A stretch of 64,000 bases of DNA from Sarea resinae (Eukaryota), in contig JAPEUD010000008.1 of assembly GCA_026026165.1 (NCBI GenBank), forward strand, positions 248,001 through 312,000. The letters are read 5' to 3'. Below are positions 12,259 through 24,629 of the stretch, piece by piece. The notes beneath the pieces were generated by a model, which was given only the letters and a program-made list of their open reading frames with translations, was not told the DNA's origin and did no database searches. The stretch's first letter is position 1. The number at the start of each line of letters is the position of its first letter. Made by a program: the position numbers and the translations under genes.

Positions 12259-13810
12259 ATGGAAGGTCTTTATCAGAACCTCTTTGGCAAGCAGTCCGCT
12301 GCGTCGCCCGCTCCCTCGGCCGATGATGCAGGTATAATTACGATCCCGTTGACAGGCCACGTAGGGAATGAGGGATTGAATGCTAACCTCAATTACTACT
12401 CCCACAGACTTTGCCGATTTCGCCGGAGCCCCCGATCCATCCCCCGCCTCCATCTCGGCTTCGATCCCATCTGCGGCCGGAGGAGCTGCGTCCGCTGTCC
12501 CCACCGTCGAAGGTGCAGCAGCAGCAGGAGCGGCGGCGGTGCCTTACACAGCCTGGTATCGGGTATGGGAGCGCGCATCGCTGTCAGACTTTACCCAAGA
12601 GCTCTACATCCTGCCCTTCATCATCCTGATCGTGGTCGTGCACGCCTGGGGCACGCGGACCAACCGCCGCAAAGCTAAACGCTGGATCGCCGCCCACGCC
12701 CCCGTGCTCCAGAAGGAGTTCTCCGTCGTGGGATTTAGCAATCGCAAGGCCCCCTCTATCGACAGCGTGCAGTCCGAGGGTCTCCTCAAGGCGTTCAATA
12801 ACTCGGAGCTTCTGGCCACCGAGGAATTGATGAAGGAGCGCTCCATTCAGGAGTACAGCACGTACGCCACGGGGCGCGCCAACGTCGCCTTTGTCGATGT
12901 CGACCTCACCCTGCTGAAGCGCTACAACCCGCTCTCGCTCGCCATGGAATACGGGCTCAGCTTCGTCTTCGAGTCGCTGCCGACCCCGGTCGAGAAGATG
13001 GAAACAACGCTCTACGTGTTCGATGGGCGCGAGAAAGACCTGGTCCCCGTGCGCAAAAGCAGAGAGCAGCAAGAACCGGCCGAGCAGCAGCGCACGAAGA
13101 ACGCCCCGTCAACGTATGACAATTTTGTTTTCGCCATCGTCAACAAGGACATGATGAAGCAGCTCCGCGACGAGCGGTACGACGTCACCCTGACCAGCAC
13201 GCGCGACAACGCCAAGCTGCCTAACTGGGCGACGGTGATGAGCGAGAGCTCGGAAATCACGGACACGCTCCTTACGCCCGAACTGATCAAGGCCGTCGAG
13301 CTAGCCGGCGACGATCTGAACTACCTGATCATCACCGACCAACCCCTTGACAAACCCCAGAAGTAAGAACCACCTGACCCTCCTCCTCTTGCCGCTTATT
13401 CCCCATGCCCGTTCTAACAGACGTCTACCAGACTCAATGACGCAGCCCCTCGCAAACGGCTCCACTTGTCCCTGAACCTCCCCTCCAGCGCGGCGGACTC
13501 GTACACGACAACACTGCCACTCTTCTCGCTCTTCCTCCGACTACCGGACCAGCTGGTGGCACAAGCGCACTTCCGGCCGGAAGTCACGCGCAAGATCAAA
13601 AGCACGCGCGACGACGAGTCGCGCAAGCTGCGGCGGGCCGACGAGGACGAGAAGGCCGAGGAGCGCCGGCTCAAGCAGGAAAAGGAGAAGCGCGAGAAGC
13701 GCGAGAAATTGCTCAAGGGCCTCAGTGCGGACGAGCAGCGCAAGTTCCTCGAGAAGGAGCGCGAGAAGGAGACGAGGAAGAGCCAGAAGCGGATGACGAA
13801 GCGCGGATAG
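12259..13810 (+). CDS. DUF1682 / CCDC47 (PAT complex subunit, YNR021W-like) ER membrane protein, 3 exons
   Basis: DFADFAG, a TM segment ILPFIILIVVVHAWG followed by RTNRRKAKRW, YATGRANV, FVFAIVNK..M...R.ERYD, VMSESSEI, LIITDQP and the charged tail LSADEQRKFLEKERE. Confidence 0.9.
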
Positions 13811-15672
13811 GTGGATCGGCACATCTCGCCTCGCCCCTCGCCTCTCTTGCTGGACGTGTAAGAAAAGATTAGAGTCGTTTTTTCGATCTGGCTGTCTGTC
13901 AGAGCGTCGAGTTCGTTTGTACTTTATTGGTGACAGCATTTTGTTTTCCAAAAGGGATAGAAGATTTGCCGGGTGATGATGTGTCTGTCCGTCTGTCTGT
14001 CCATCTGTCTGTATATCCGCCCGTCTATCTATCCATCTACCCATCCACAGTCATTCTAGTACAGAAGACAAAGACAATCAGAGCCAACATTCCCTCTCCT
14101 CCCCACTCTCAGTCCGTGTAAAAGGAAAAGAGAAAAGAGAATAGACAAACAGGACAGAGAAAAGAGAAAACGGTCACGAACATCCCTAATATAAACCAAC
14201 TAGCTTCCACCCACAAACACCAACGGAACCAACAAGACAATGTATCCTGTAGGTCCCTCTGACCCTCTCTCCCCTCTGTTCCCTCTCTTACTATTTTTTA
14301 TCCCCGTTCCCTATTCCCTAACCTATATTCCCCTTTCTAATGTCTTATCTCCTATCTCTTATCCCCTATTCCTCATCCCTATCCCCTATCCCTATTCTTA
14401 CCCCTATTTCCTACTCCTCTTCTAACTCCTATCTCCAAAGTCTCCAATCCACCAGCCATCCCCGCTCCCCTCCCTTTCCCCCTGACCCCCCCGCCGGACC
14501 CACAGAAGGCAATGCTGGGATCTACACAGGCTGTACATCACCACAGAGAGACGCAAAGACCAAAGAAAACAAACAAAGCAGAACAAAACAAGGCAGAAGC
14601 AAACGAAGCAGAACATACCAAAACAAGCAAGTAAGGTATCAACGGCTAAATCCACACGTGGTATGGAAGATCTAATTAACAGAAGAGGGAATAGCTCAGT
14701 CCAGTCCAGCGCAGCCCCAGAGCGCAGCCCTTACTTCATTCGACCGACTGCCTCTCTCTCAGGGGTCGATGGAAGAGAGGGGAACAAAGCACAGAAAGGA
14801 TCATTGGTATTCATGTCATTCATTCATTGCGCTCATCTATCTGTTCGTGACTAGATAGGTAGGTTTGGTTCTACCATAGCGTACAAAGTGGGTACGGCCT
14901 CGGCGAAAGCACTGCATATACTGCATGCATGCTGCACACTGCGTATTCATACAGTGCATACTCGCGCAGCGCGGGGCCTCGGCCGAAAGTCAAAATGGGC
15001 AGTACGCATTCCATCGAAGTCTGTTCCCATCGATCACCTCACCCCCACCGCGCCCGAATCAACAAAAGAGAGAAAAGAGAGAGAGAAAGAGACTCGACTC
15101 GAGAGGAACAAGAACAAAAGCATACAAACGATCGATAACGATGCTAACATGCTCAAATGCTGGTTCGCTCGCTCCGTATTGCTGACAGACTGACTCGCTG
15201 GCTGGCTGACTTTCAAGACAAGACGAGCAAAGAAGCTAAGCAGAGGGAGTAAGAGGAAGTGAGCAAGCAAAACGCAACAAAACGATATGCCCGCTCGCTG
15301 AACGAATGAAAGGAAGAACAGATGATAATACACTTTTTTGTTACGGGCCCTCGGACGGGGCCCGTAGATAGGGGTTTATGACATGGATGATTCTCCGTCC
15401 ACCCATGCCCAACCCACCGACCAGCCCACCCAAAACCAGACCAGACCGACCCACGACCCAGGCTGCAGAATCAGCCAACCGACAACAGCAGATCATAAAC
15501 GAGAAAGACAATTGAGAAAAGGATATCGAAGAATGGCCGGTCGTTCCATGACGATAGTACACACTAAAGTCTCGCGGTCCCCTTGCGATGAGCTCGAGGC
15601 AGCGAATGAATGGCTGAGACAAAGGGGAAGTATATTTACAACGATGCTTGTTTTTGAACGGAAGTGAAGAGC

Positions 15673-17656
15673 CTACGTCCCGTAAGCAGGTGGTGGAGTA
15701 TCATCGCGCTCGTTGGCGGCGGCCCAAGAGCCCACTCCGCTTGCGGACGGCTCTTTAGCCTCGTAGACGCCGCGGGCAAACTCGCCAGCAACTTTCATCA
15801 TCCAAGCCTGCTCGAGGATACTACTCGACTGAGGATCCAGACTGGAGGCCGAAGAGGTGAATTGCTGCAGGTTGGGAGAGGAAAGAGGGGTGAAGTGAGG
15901 CTTCTCCTGAGGATAGCTACGGAGGTTGTGGAGGTCTTGTGCTGGTCTCAGCCGTCGCTTCTCGGTGGGGGCGCGCATTGTCGCTTCCGGATCAAGAGGA
16001 TCTTCATTCCCTTGGGGTTCCGGCCAGACTTGGGTGGCCTTCGAGTCGCCAGATGGTCCTGGTGGAACGATGTTGAGAGCTGGAGTCGCGGCGTCGAGAT
16101 TCAAGGATGCATCGCCGAAACGCACCCGGGTCGTTGGCGAGCGGGGAGGCGTGACGAGTTCTTCCTCTCGCTCTTCCACAGACGGCGGGGCCGGATATTC
16201 TGACGTTGTAGTTGAAGCGGATGCCGTTTCCGTGCTTCCCACACTCGCAGTGTCGGAATCGGTTGTCGATTTTGAACGTCGAAGGTTGACTACTCTGTGC
16301 TTCTTCTTTTTGCCGGCATGACTTCGAGCATGCCGTGCGGAGCCTAAGCTCAAGCCTGAAGCGGCCGAATGGAATCCGGTCAGGGACGGTCGAAGAGGCA
16401 CGGAACCGGTTTCAGATGCCTCGCTGAACGTGTAGGCGGTGGTTGAATTGCCAGTAGCGGAAAGTGTCCTGGTAAGGCCAGCTGGAATGGGGGAGCCAGC
16501 AGAGGCAGCACTCAAGCCGTCGCCACGTTCATTCGGGCCAGCCCAGGCTCGAAACACTGCGTCCCGAATCGAAGGCGTGAACAGAGATAAGGTCCGATGG
16601 GAATCCGTGAGAGTTGCAAGCCGTACCAGATTCTTCTGGGAGAACAACGAATGAGGCTCGGTGCCGGCGTCGAGCGACAAGGACGAGATCTCCGATGCAT
16701 TAAGGGCATGACCGAAAGAATCGACGGGATCTTGGGGTGGGCTGGCTAATGGATCTACTGGCTTCTCCTCCTTGACCGGATTCTCCTTGCTCCGAGCAAG
16801 CTCCTCATCTTCCTTTGCCCGATACTCTGGCACCCATAAACGGAGAGAAAGGCGGTGTATAATTGCCGGCAGTTCTTCGCTCAACAGAACGCGCAATTGC
16901 CCCTCGATTTCCCTTTGTAGATATTCGCGCACAAAGGGTATCGAGTCAAAGGTAGAGGACACTTTGAGAGACTCTAGAGGGCCGTTACGAAAGACGAGGG
17001 TAAGACCCTTCTGGCGAGAGAAGACGAGGATGACGAAGGCGGAGAGCCTGATGTCGGATAGCGTGATTTGGAGGGGAATCGTAAGACCAGAGCTTATGCG
17101 AACCACGTCAACGAAGCCCAACAAATTTTTATGGAGCAAAACTCACGCTGCAGCAAGCGGTTGAGGTGACGCGAACGACGATTTCGTAGATAGATAAGTA
17201 TTCAAAGGGTTGGCCTAGATGATAGAGATTTATTGTTAGTATTTGCTCCATTACTGAACAACCAACAAAGGCATCGGCAGGCAAGGCCAGAGGCCCAGTC
17301 TACTTGATGGCATCAAGGGCAGTCATCCAGTTGCCCGGCTACTTTGGGCGCTGTGCACGCTGCATCATCGAAAGCACGACTGAGCTCACCTGCACTTTCG
17401 TCTTCAGAGTCAAGAAAGCATCGCCCGAATAGGTCATCTTAAAGATGCCTCGAAATCTATCCTCGGCCAGATCCCCAATCTCCAATATCTCCAACTCTGG
17501 CGGCACCGAGCCCAGGTTCAGCTCGTTGACGAGGATGTCATCGACGATTATGGGCGGCTTGGGAGTTTTGTTCAGCGCGCCCGTGAGCAGCTCTCTGGCA
17601 CGGCAGTAAAAGTTTGAATCGGCCGTGAGAGGCGACCAGTTGAAGTTGAAGGCCAT
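15673..17656 (-). CDS. MDM34: ERMES subunit Mdm34 (SMP domain), multi-exon
   Basis: [61 protein letters not shown] and [25 protein letters not shown]. Confidence 0.96.
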
Positions 17657-18400
17657 GATGGGGATGATGGTGATTCAGCTCATCCGCTCAATGATGCTGA
17701 AGCGTGTCTATAAGATGGATGGCCGTCGGCCCGAAGGAAGACGGGACGGGACTCAGACGAGGAGAAGTGTCGCGTGCGATAGGTAGAGATTGCTCGCGTG
17801 GCGTGAGGCCGACGGTAGAGAGACGGCACGGTCAAGGTCAGCATGAAAGGATCACGTCGGACGCGATCGCTATCAAGCCACGCGCCGGGTAAGATTGTGG
17901 GTATGGGATATGGCGATATATTAATACAAGCAGGTCAGGGTGGACACTGACACGAAGAAAACTGATGATGTTGTAGCAACAGTAGAGCAGTGGTGACGAT
18001 GAAGAGACGATACTAATGGACGGGATGACTTGACATCAAGAGTACAGGAGCAGCTACTAACTGCCGCTGTGTATCGACGGGCATCGACTCCTGGCGACGG
18101 ATGAAAGACGGGCCAGCCGAAGGGGAGGAAGGCCAAGGCCGGGCATTAAAAATTATTAGCCGAGGCGGAATGACAGATACATTATGTACATTCCATCCTG
18201 TGTCATCACCATGCATTTCTCAAGTATCTGGCATACTCCGAGTACTTCAGTACTCTACTCCGTACTCGTAGCTTCGATCGCAGCGATAAGCAACAGAATC
18301 ATCCATCACATGAATGGACAGCTCCATTGATCTGCAGCAGTCATGCGATACCGTCACGGCCTCATTGATATAGGTACTACGCTGTAGTCTTTGCTGCAGG

Positions 18401-18540
18401 CTGTCGCAGCAAGCAGTAGCTCGCTCACTTGTTCTGCAGAGAGCCCGAGGACTGTCGCATTGCTACCGATGAGTCCCTACAGTGAGGCATCTCACGGGAG
18501 TACGATAAGGGAGAGGTACGCTGTTCTTTTTGGCCAGCAG
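18401..18540 (+). repeat. Direct repeat, copy 1 (partner at about 23462-23650)
   Basis: CTGTCGCAGCAAGCAGTAGCTCGCTCACTT is identical at 18401-18430 and 23462-23491. Shared CGATGAGT, AGGCATCTCAC, ATAAGG and TTTGGCCAG blocks follow in the same order. Confidence 0.85.
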
Positions 18541-19405
18541 AACCAAAGTGCTCTCTTACTGATGGACATTCGACGAGGGAGGGCAAGGACAATGGACAAT
18601 GGAGTGTATAGGTAGGATCATTTGAAAAGCAATCCAATATACCCCAAAAAGGTTGTGTCGAGCACTGCACCTTGCTGTCTACCTACCCCCCAATACACAT
18701 ATCAATTCCAACAACCGACCACGAGAAATCAAAAGAACCGCAATGACGCCCATCGAACAACAGAAGAACAGGACTACACCTAACGCGAATCAGACTTAAT
18801 TCTACAATCAGACGCCTAACCCGATCCATTCGCTGACTGTCCCAATGAATTCTCGAATCCTCGAATCTGCTGTCCCCCGGCCCCCTCGGGGACCTGGTGC
18901 GCGAAGCTGTCAAATCTCGATGAAGGATAGTCGCCCATCTCAGGCGGTCGAAAAGGTCGATGGAGTGACGGTGATTGAGAAAAAGACCCCCTTCCCTGAG
19001 GGTTCAGGTGTTGAAAAGACTAGAACGGACAAGTGAGTATGCATGAAAGCAGATAGATGGATAGAAGCTATAAATACTCACTCAGCCCACTCCTGTCGCT
19101 GTGCTTCTTACTTTCTTGCCATGTTCTCTTCTCGGACTACCAATTTTGTACGTTCACACGCTACGGCTATCTTCGAAGCTGCCTATCTCTCTTTTGACAA
19201 CACGAGAGGCGCTTTAAACACAGAGAAAAAGCCAACTTTTTCTTTTCCTTCTTTCCCTCAAATCCTATTTCCCCATCATCCAACGCCTTCTCATCCGGTC
19301 TGATAGACTCTCAAAGTTCACACTACAAATCGCCCACTCTTTCTCTCATTCCCTATCCTTCGCACCAAACCTCTGACCCCCGTCCCCGCCTCCAAAAAGA
19401 AAAAG

Positions 19406-20738
19406 ATGCCTCGCTGGCTAGCCAGCCTCCTCGACCGATGGCGAACCCGGCACGCGCAGCCTGTTATCGAGCGGTCAGAGCCGTACTCAAGTTGCGATGG
19501 CTACGACGAGTGGAACAGACAGGAGGGTAATCGTGAGAAGAACTACGACACCAATAGCTACGAGAGCCCACACAGCCAGTTGACTCTCTGCGACCATCAT
19601 AGTGGAACTAATCCTGATATCCAAAATCCCCTATTCTCGTCACCGCCGGAACCACTTTCGGCATGGTCACCACAACCAGCACCGCCACCATACTCCCGCC
19701 GCTGCCGACCGCTGCGCGCTCTGAACTACCAGCCTTCAATACGCAGAACCTCAGCATTCGAAACCCTGCCCCGACACATAGTCCAAAACATAGCCACGCG
19801 ATACCTCGATGACGAGAGCGCTGCCTTTCTCGCCCTAAGTAATCGCACATTCTACGCTCTACTGAAAACACAACACGTGCAAAACAGGTTCATGGTTCAA
19901 AGCCAAAGCCTCGACCGCAGCCGATGAACGAACATCGAGAAGAGGATGGCCTTCCTGACACAGCTGGCCAAAGACTCTCCACACGAGCTTCTAATCTGCC
20001 GCCCCTGCAAGAAGCTACATCGGCGACAGTACTGCGAGGGACCCAAGGCGCATCCACTGAGGGACCGATATGCCGAGTGCGTTTGGTCGGCAGGCGTCAT
20101 TAATTATTTTACTTGGGGCGCGACGTATTACGTCTTGAAGCAACCGCATCTCAAATTAGCGATCGATCGAGCCACCTTACGGGATGTCGCTCGAGAACTT
20201 CAACGCCGAGGAATATGCTCCCTGGCCGTCTTTGCACAATGGCTGTACTGCTCAGATAAGCGCCAAGGTGGTGGATAGCGAGTTCCTTCTCCGGACAAAA
20301 TTTGTTGTGGTGAATAAATCGCTTTGCCGCGATTCTACAAAGAATTTTGCTGGCCGCTCGGAAGCTTTTCTGGGCCGGGGAATCACCATCTGTCCATATC
20401 AATGCTTCTCACAATACGGAGGCTACGGCCAATCGACCTTATACCGTATATTAATATGCAGATCATGCCATCTAGACAATGACAGCCCTTGCCCACTTTG
20501 CGAGGGGCTCAAGCGATGTCGATACTGTCCCACAGAATTCGAATTCGAAATTGAAGATCTTGGCTGCAAGGGCACGCGTTTCATCCTGACGGCATGGATG
20601 AACTATGGCTCCGGCGCATCGCCAGACGAAGTGAATTGGACAAGCCATGTGCGTCGTGGAAATAGTAGTCGAGGAAGAGAAGTCATCTTTGAACACCTTC
20701 CTGGGAGAATAAAAGCTGCGTTTGAAAGTGGTGGATGA
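19406..20738 (+). pseudogene. Disrupted fungal F-box-like protein gene
   Basis: F-box-like FETLPRHIVQNIATRYLDDESAAFLALSNRTFY; in-frame TGA at 19925-19927; then FLTQLAKDSP..LICRPCKKLH; a frameshift near 20170-20185; then RCRYCPTEF...TAWMNYGSG.SP...W.SH. Confidence 0.7.
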
Positions 20739-21733
20739 TAGGAAATAATTCGATTCCTCCGCTGATCCTTCAAGCTCGTCTTATCCGGGGGCACTTAAGT
20801 CGGAGAATGGCGCGCTCTCATCGTTTAGAAGGAGCATGGCCGAACAAGATGCATGAGCTTCGGCAAGATCGCACGTCTACCCAGCCTCTCAAGATCCACT
20901 GCTCTAAACGCTTGCGCGCGCTACACAACCCTGTCTCTCAGGATTCACAGCCTCGAGCAGGCGCGCGTAGATGGCTTGAGGGTAGAGTAGGACGATATGC
21001 GTTTGGAGAGGTAGTCGCAAATACAAGTCTTTTACAGTGCACCCCACAACATAAAAGCTCCTCGGGTTTCAGTGTGAGGGCGGCATAGTGTGCCCTGTTA
21101 GAGAGAACAAACGGAAGCGGGGGAAAGAATCTCGGCGTTTCTGGCTTGCTCCTATCGTCACTGCCACTACGTAGAAGTGTGTGCCCGTTGTTGGTGCCTG
21201 CTACTTCAATGAGTAGGAGGCCCAAAAGACATATCTGAAGATCTTCTAAAAAATCTGGGGGCTTTATCGCCCCTTCCCCATCTTGGCAGCCTTGTCGCGC
21301 CTCCCATATTCTGGGGAGAATAAAAGAGAAACAACAGCAGCACCATCATCAGCACCACAAACAACAATAAAGCCATCATAACATCCCATCTCCCGCTTCA
21401 TCTTCATCATCATCTTCTTCTTTTCCTTTTCCTTTTCCTGTTCCTTTTCTTCCTTAGGAAAGGCCACCATTGCAAATTCTCTTTTTGCAGTCTCTGCCCT
21501 ACTTCCTCCGAGACACTGAACGCATCAGACGGAAATAGCATAACCTTCATTTTGCCCTCGATTCTCTTGGCATCAACGCTATGTACAACAAAGAAGACTT
21601 CTTGCAATTGGGCCCCTTGGAGCTCAATCCTATTTCCCAAATATTATCATCGGGAAAGCTTCGTCCTACCGCAATTCATCCCTCCCCTCTCATCTTCCCG
21701 CTTCCCTCTTCTTTCTCCTCCACGACCACGACA

Positions 21734-22633
21734 ATGGGAACCAACTGGCACCTCGTCGTGGAAGTAATCACGGTCCTCGGATCGATCTCTGGGGTATCAG
21801 CCCTGATCATGGTGTGCGAAGGCCGTTTCGGTCGCGGCCGTCTAAGGCGATTGGCTGGCTGGCAACGAGGACCAGCGGGCCGCGAAAATGAGGATATCGA
21901 GCTACGGGGCCTACCACCAACACCAACCACACTACAAGCGCTTACAGCAGCGCTTGAGGCACATACGAAAGCGCGCCTAGAGAGAACACGGAAGAGCTTG
22001 CCGTCCCAAACCTTGCCGCCCAAAAGCTTGCGAACTAAACGCCAGGAGCCGCAGCAGCTGCCGCAAAAGAATTTGTCGACGACGGTCCAGTCACCACTAA
22101 GACCTTCAAGGAGGCATCGGACAAGGTCATTAAGCTGCTGGAAACTATCGGCAAAGTTCGTTAAATGAAATATCCCTCCCCGAAGACCTACAGGCGAGTC
22201 TTCTGGGCCTCCGAATCATTAAGGTAGGGGGCATCGGCGATGAGCTCGCACTTCTACGCAGTGCTGGTGAATAGAGCTAGGGGACATACCATCGGCACCA
22301 CCTACACTAAAAGCGCATACGGCAGCGCTTGAGGCCAACACGAAAGCGCTTGAGGCGCATACAAGAGCACTTAAAGAGAGCACCGAAGAGCCTGCCGCAA
22401 AAGGAGATGACAACGATGACAACGATCTCGACGATCCCAAGGGTCCTGTAACCGCCAAGGCCTTTAAGGAAGCATCGGACAAAGTCGTTAGGCTGTTGGA
22501 GATCATCGGCAGAGTGTCATAAACTGAAACATTCCTCCCGGAAGACCAATAGGCAAGTCTTTCGGGCCTCCTACTCATTAGAGTAGGGGGCACCAGCGAT
22601 GAGCTCGCACTTCTGCGCAGTGCTGGTGACTAG
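21734..22633 (+). pseudogene. Disrupted single-TM protein gene with two tandem coding repeat units of about 120 aa
   Basis: N-terminal TM (LVVEVITVLGSISGVSALIMVC). Two homologous units (about 21896-22269 and 22271-22630) each encode IEL...AALEA(H/N)TKA...FKEASDKV..LLE.IG...LPED...VGG..DELALLRSAG, interrupted by frameshifts and stops. Confidence 0.7.
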
Positions 22634-23461
22634 TAGCCCTCACGGGTGAAGCTAAGACGGACTCACAGTCGGTAAGTCGAAGAAATTTGTGAAGATAAAC
22701 ATTCGAATCATGCATTTGTAATTGAGTGCAATCGTGGAATAGCTTAATTTCAAATCTGGGGTAACCGTTTCTTCAACAGCTTTTCACAGGCTGGGACGCT
22801 CCAAGAATACAGTAAGGGGTGCCTGGCAGGAGGTACTCTTTTAGCTGTGCGCTTCAAAAATCCGACAGAAACTCGCTGGGGCATAGTACGAGGGTGCTCT
22901 TATCTCGCGCAGGACATGCGAAAATCCCCAGACTGTGAGGAGTGCTGCGCTATATAGTAGGCAAATACCTCAGGCATAATTCGGACAAGCCGGGTCATAG
23001 TAGTCTTTTTGGATGGCGCACGCTGGAACGGGTTTGCCTATTTACTGTACCTTACACACACTGTATAAGAAATACGGCTCATCTATCTCTTCTCGAGCGG
23101 CGACCGCCCAGGTCCATAGTTCGTCCGCGCAGCGATGATGAATCCTGTGTCTCAGGTGGCACATCCTTTGATTGCACTTCGAGATCAAGAGGCAGATTAT
23201 TTCGTAGATATTGATGGTCTATGATAATAGTATCCACGGTCGTAACCTACCTCCAGCTACCCTCAAGTCTTACATAGTAGAAACCTTTCAAATGCATCTA
23301 GTCTGAATGGGCAGAAATCTGGCTGCTGCTATGTCAATGTGTTTTCAAAGTTACCATGTACACTTCATTTCATCGTAGGCAAGGTAAGATACCTCCCGTC
23401 CAGCTGTAAGAAACCCTTTTGCGGGGTGACATGGGACATGACGCGTGGACTAGTCGTGAGT

Positions 23462-23650
23462 CTGTCGCAGCAAGCAGTAGCTCGCTCACTTCATGTTGCG
23501 TGTGGGAAGCACTTGGGACGTTGAATTGATATCGATGAGTACTGCAAGGCATCTCACAGCAGAATTTACCATAAGGTAGTGACCAGGTAGCCACGTAGGG
23601 CCTCCAGTGATGGCCATGACTGGCAGGGTACCTACCTTACTCTTTGGCCA
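23462..23650 (+). repeat. Direct repeat, copy 2 (partner at about 18401-18540)
   Basis: Same 30-bp identical core and collinear downstream blocks as copy 1. Confidence 0.85.
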
Positions 23651-24629
23651 GGAGGAATGCATGTCAGCCAGCGTGGATCTTTCTCCTCTACTGAGGTGGT
23701 CCTCGAAATGTCGAGGCCTCAGTCGAATCCAGAGGATTCCACGTCAAAAGATTACCTTACGCCCAGGTAGTGAGGAGGAGTGACCAAGGTAAGGTCTGAT
23801 GGGAGATGATTGTTGGAGTCGTTGCACCAGTTGGATGTCTTTATATCTGCGTCCGAGGCCGCGTGTGCCTTTCGATCTCTCTCTCTGGGTCGCTCACGGT
23901 CAGGAATGCCATTGGTCGCGTGTGCACGTCAGCAACTCTGCGCCTCAGGGGGGAAGCCGAGAAGCGAGGAAGAGCACCACCAATAATAGCACACGTGAAT
24001 GAAAGGAAACGTCAGGAACTCGAGGATCCACCTCATCCGGAGAGCTTCACCCTTGGACCTCCTTACAGCCCTGACAACCCTTGGGGCCCTTGACACCCTT
24101 GGCACCCTTGATGCAAACAGAGGTCATCAGAATCATCAAACGTGATAGAACATCCAAGCAACAGCGAGCATGCCAGACAGCATCAAATGCCTTACGTACC
24201 TGGCACAGGAGAAGAATGGACCAACGTCCCTCCCTGACTGGACGCTCGAAGATGACTTACCATCAGCTCGTGTCTCGATCCTGCTCGAGCCTTAGTGAAA
24301 CCTCTCCACAGATCCATGGATCTCGCTCATGCGAAACCTCCCGTTGGTGGCGCAGCCTGCGCTTGTCAGGGTCCTTCCGTATGGTGGTGACCTTGTGTGC
24401 TACTGCTCGCACTATTGTTGATTCGAAGCCTCTCAGAGCGTCTGTCACAAGAGTGAAATATCTTCATTCTTTTAAAAGCCTACTTCCGTCTTGTTCACAT
24501 TCACTCGTCGAACGCTAGACCATTGTGCGGTATCTTTCATTCTTGTCGTATATTCGCGTTCTTCGAGATCGAGAAGAATTTCCCATTCATCCATAGCTGA
24601 GGCTATTTCTTCATTCTCATCCCGCAGCA

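Noticed and set aside
15342..15366. 9-bp hairpin TACGGGCCC...GGGCCCGTA
   Set aside because: An isolated short stem of a size expected by chance; intrinsic terminators do not apply to Pol II genes.
21896..22630. CRISPR-like array or transposon terminal repeats
   Set aside because: The units are long, diverged and protein-coding, with no short identical repeats with spacers and no TIR or TSD.
24040..24115. Collagen-like KGxKGxKG on the minus strand (9-bp ACCCTTG-type repeats)
   Set aside because: Only about 5 units, ending in a stop, with no supportable gene model.
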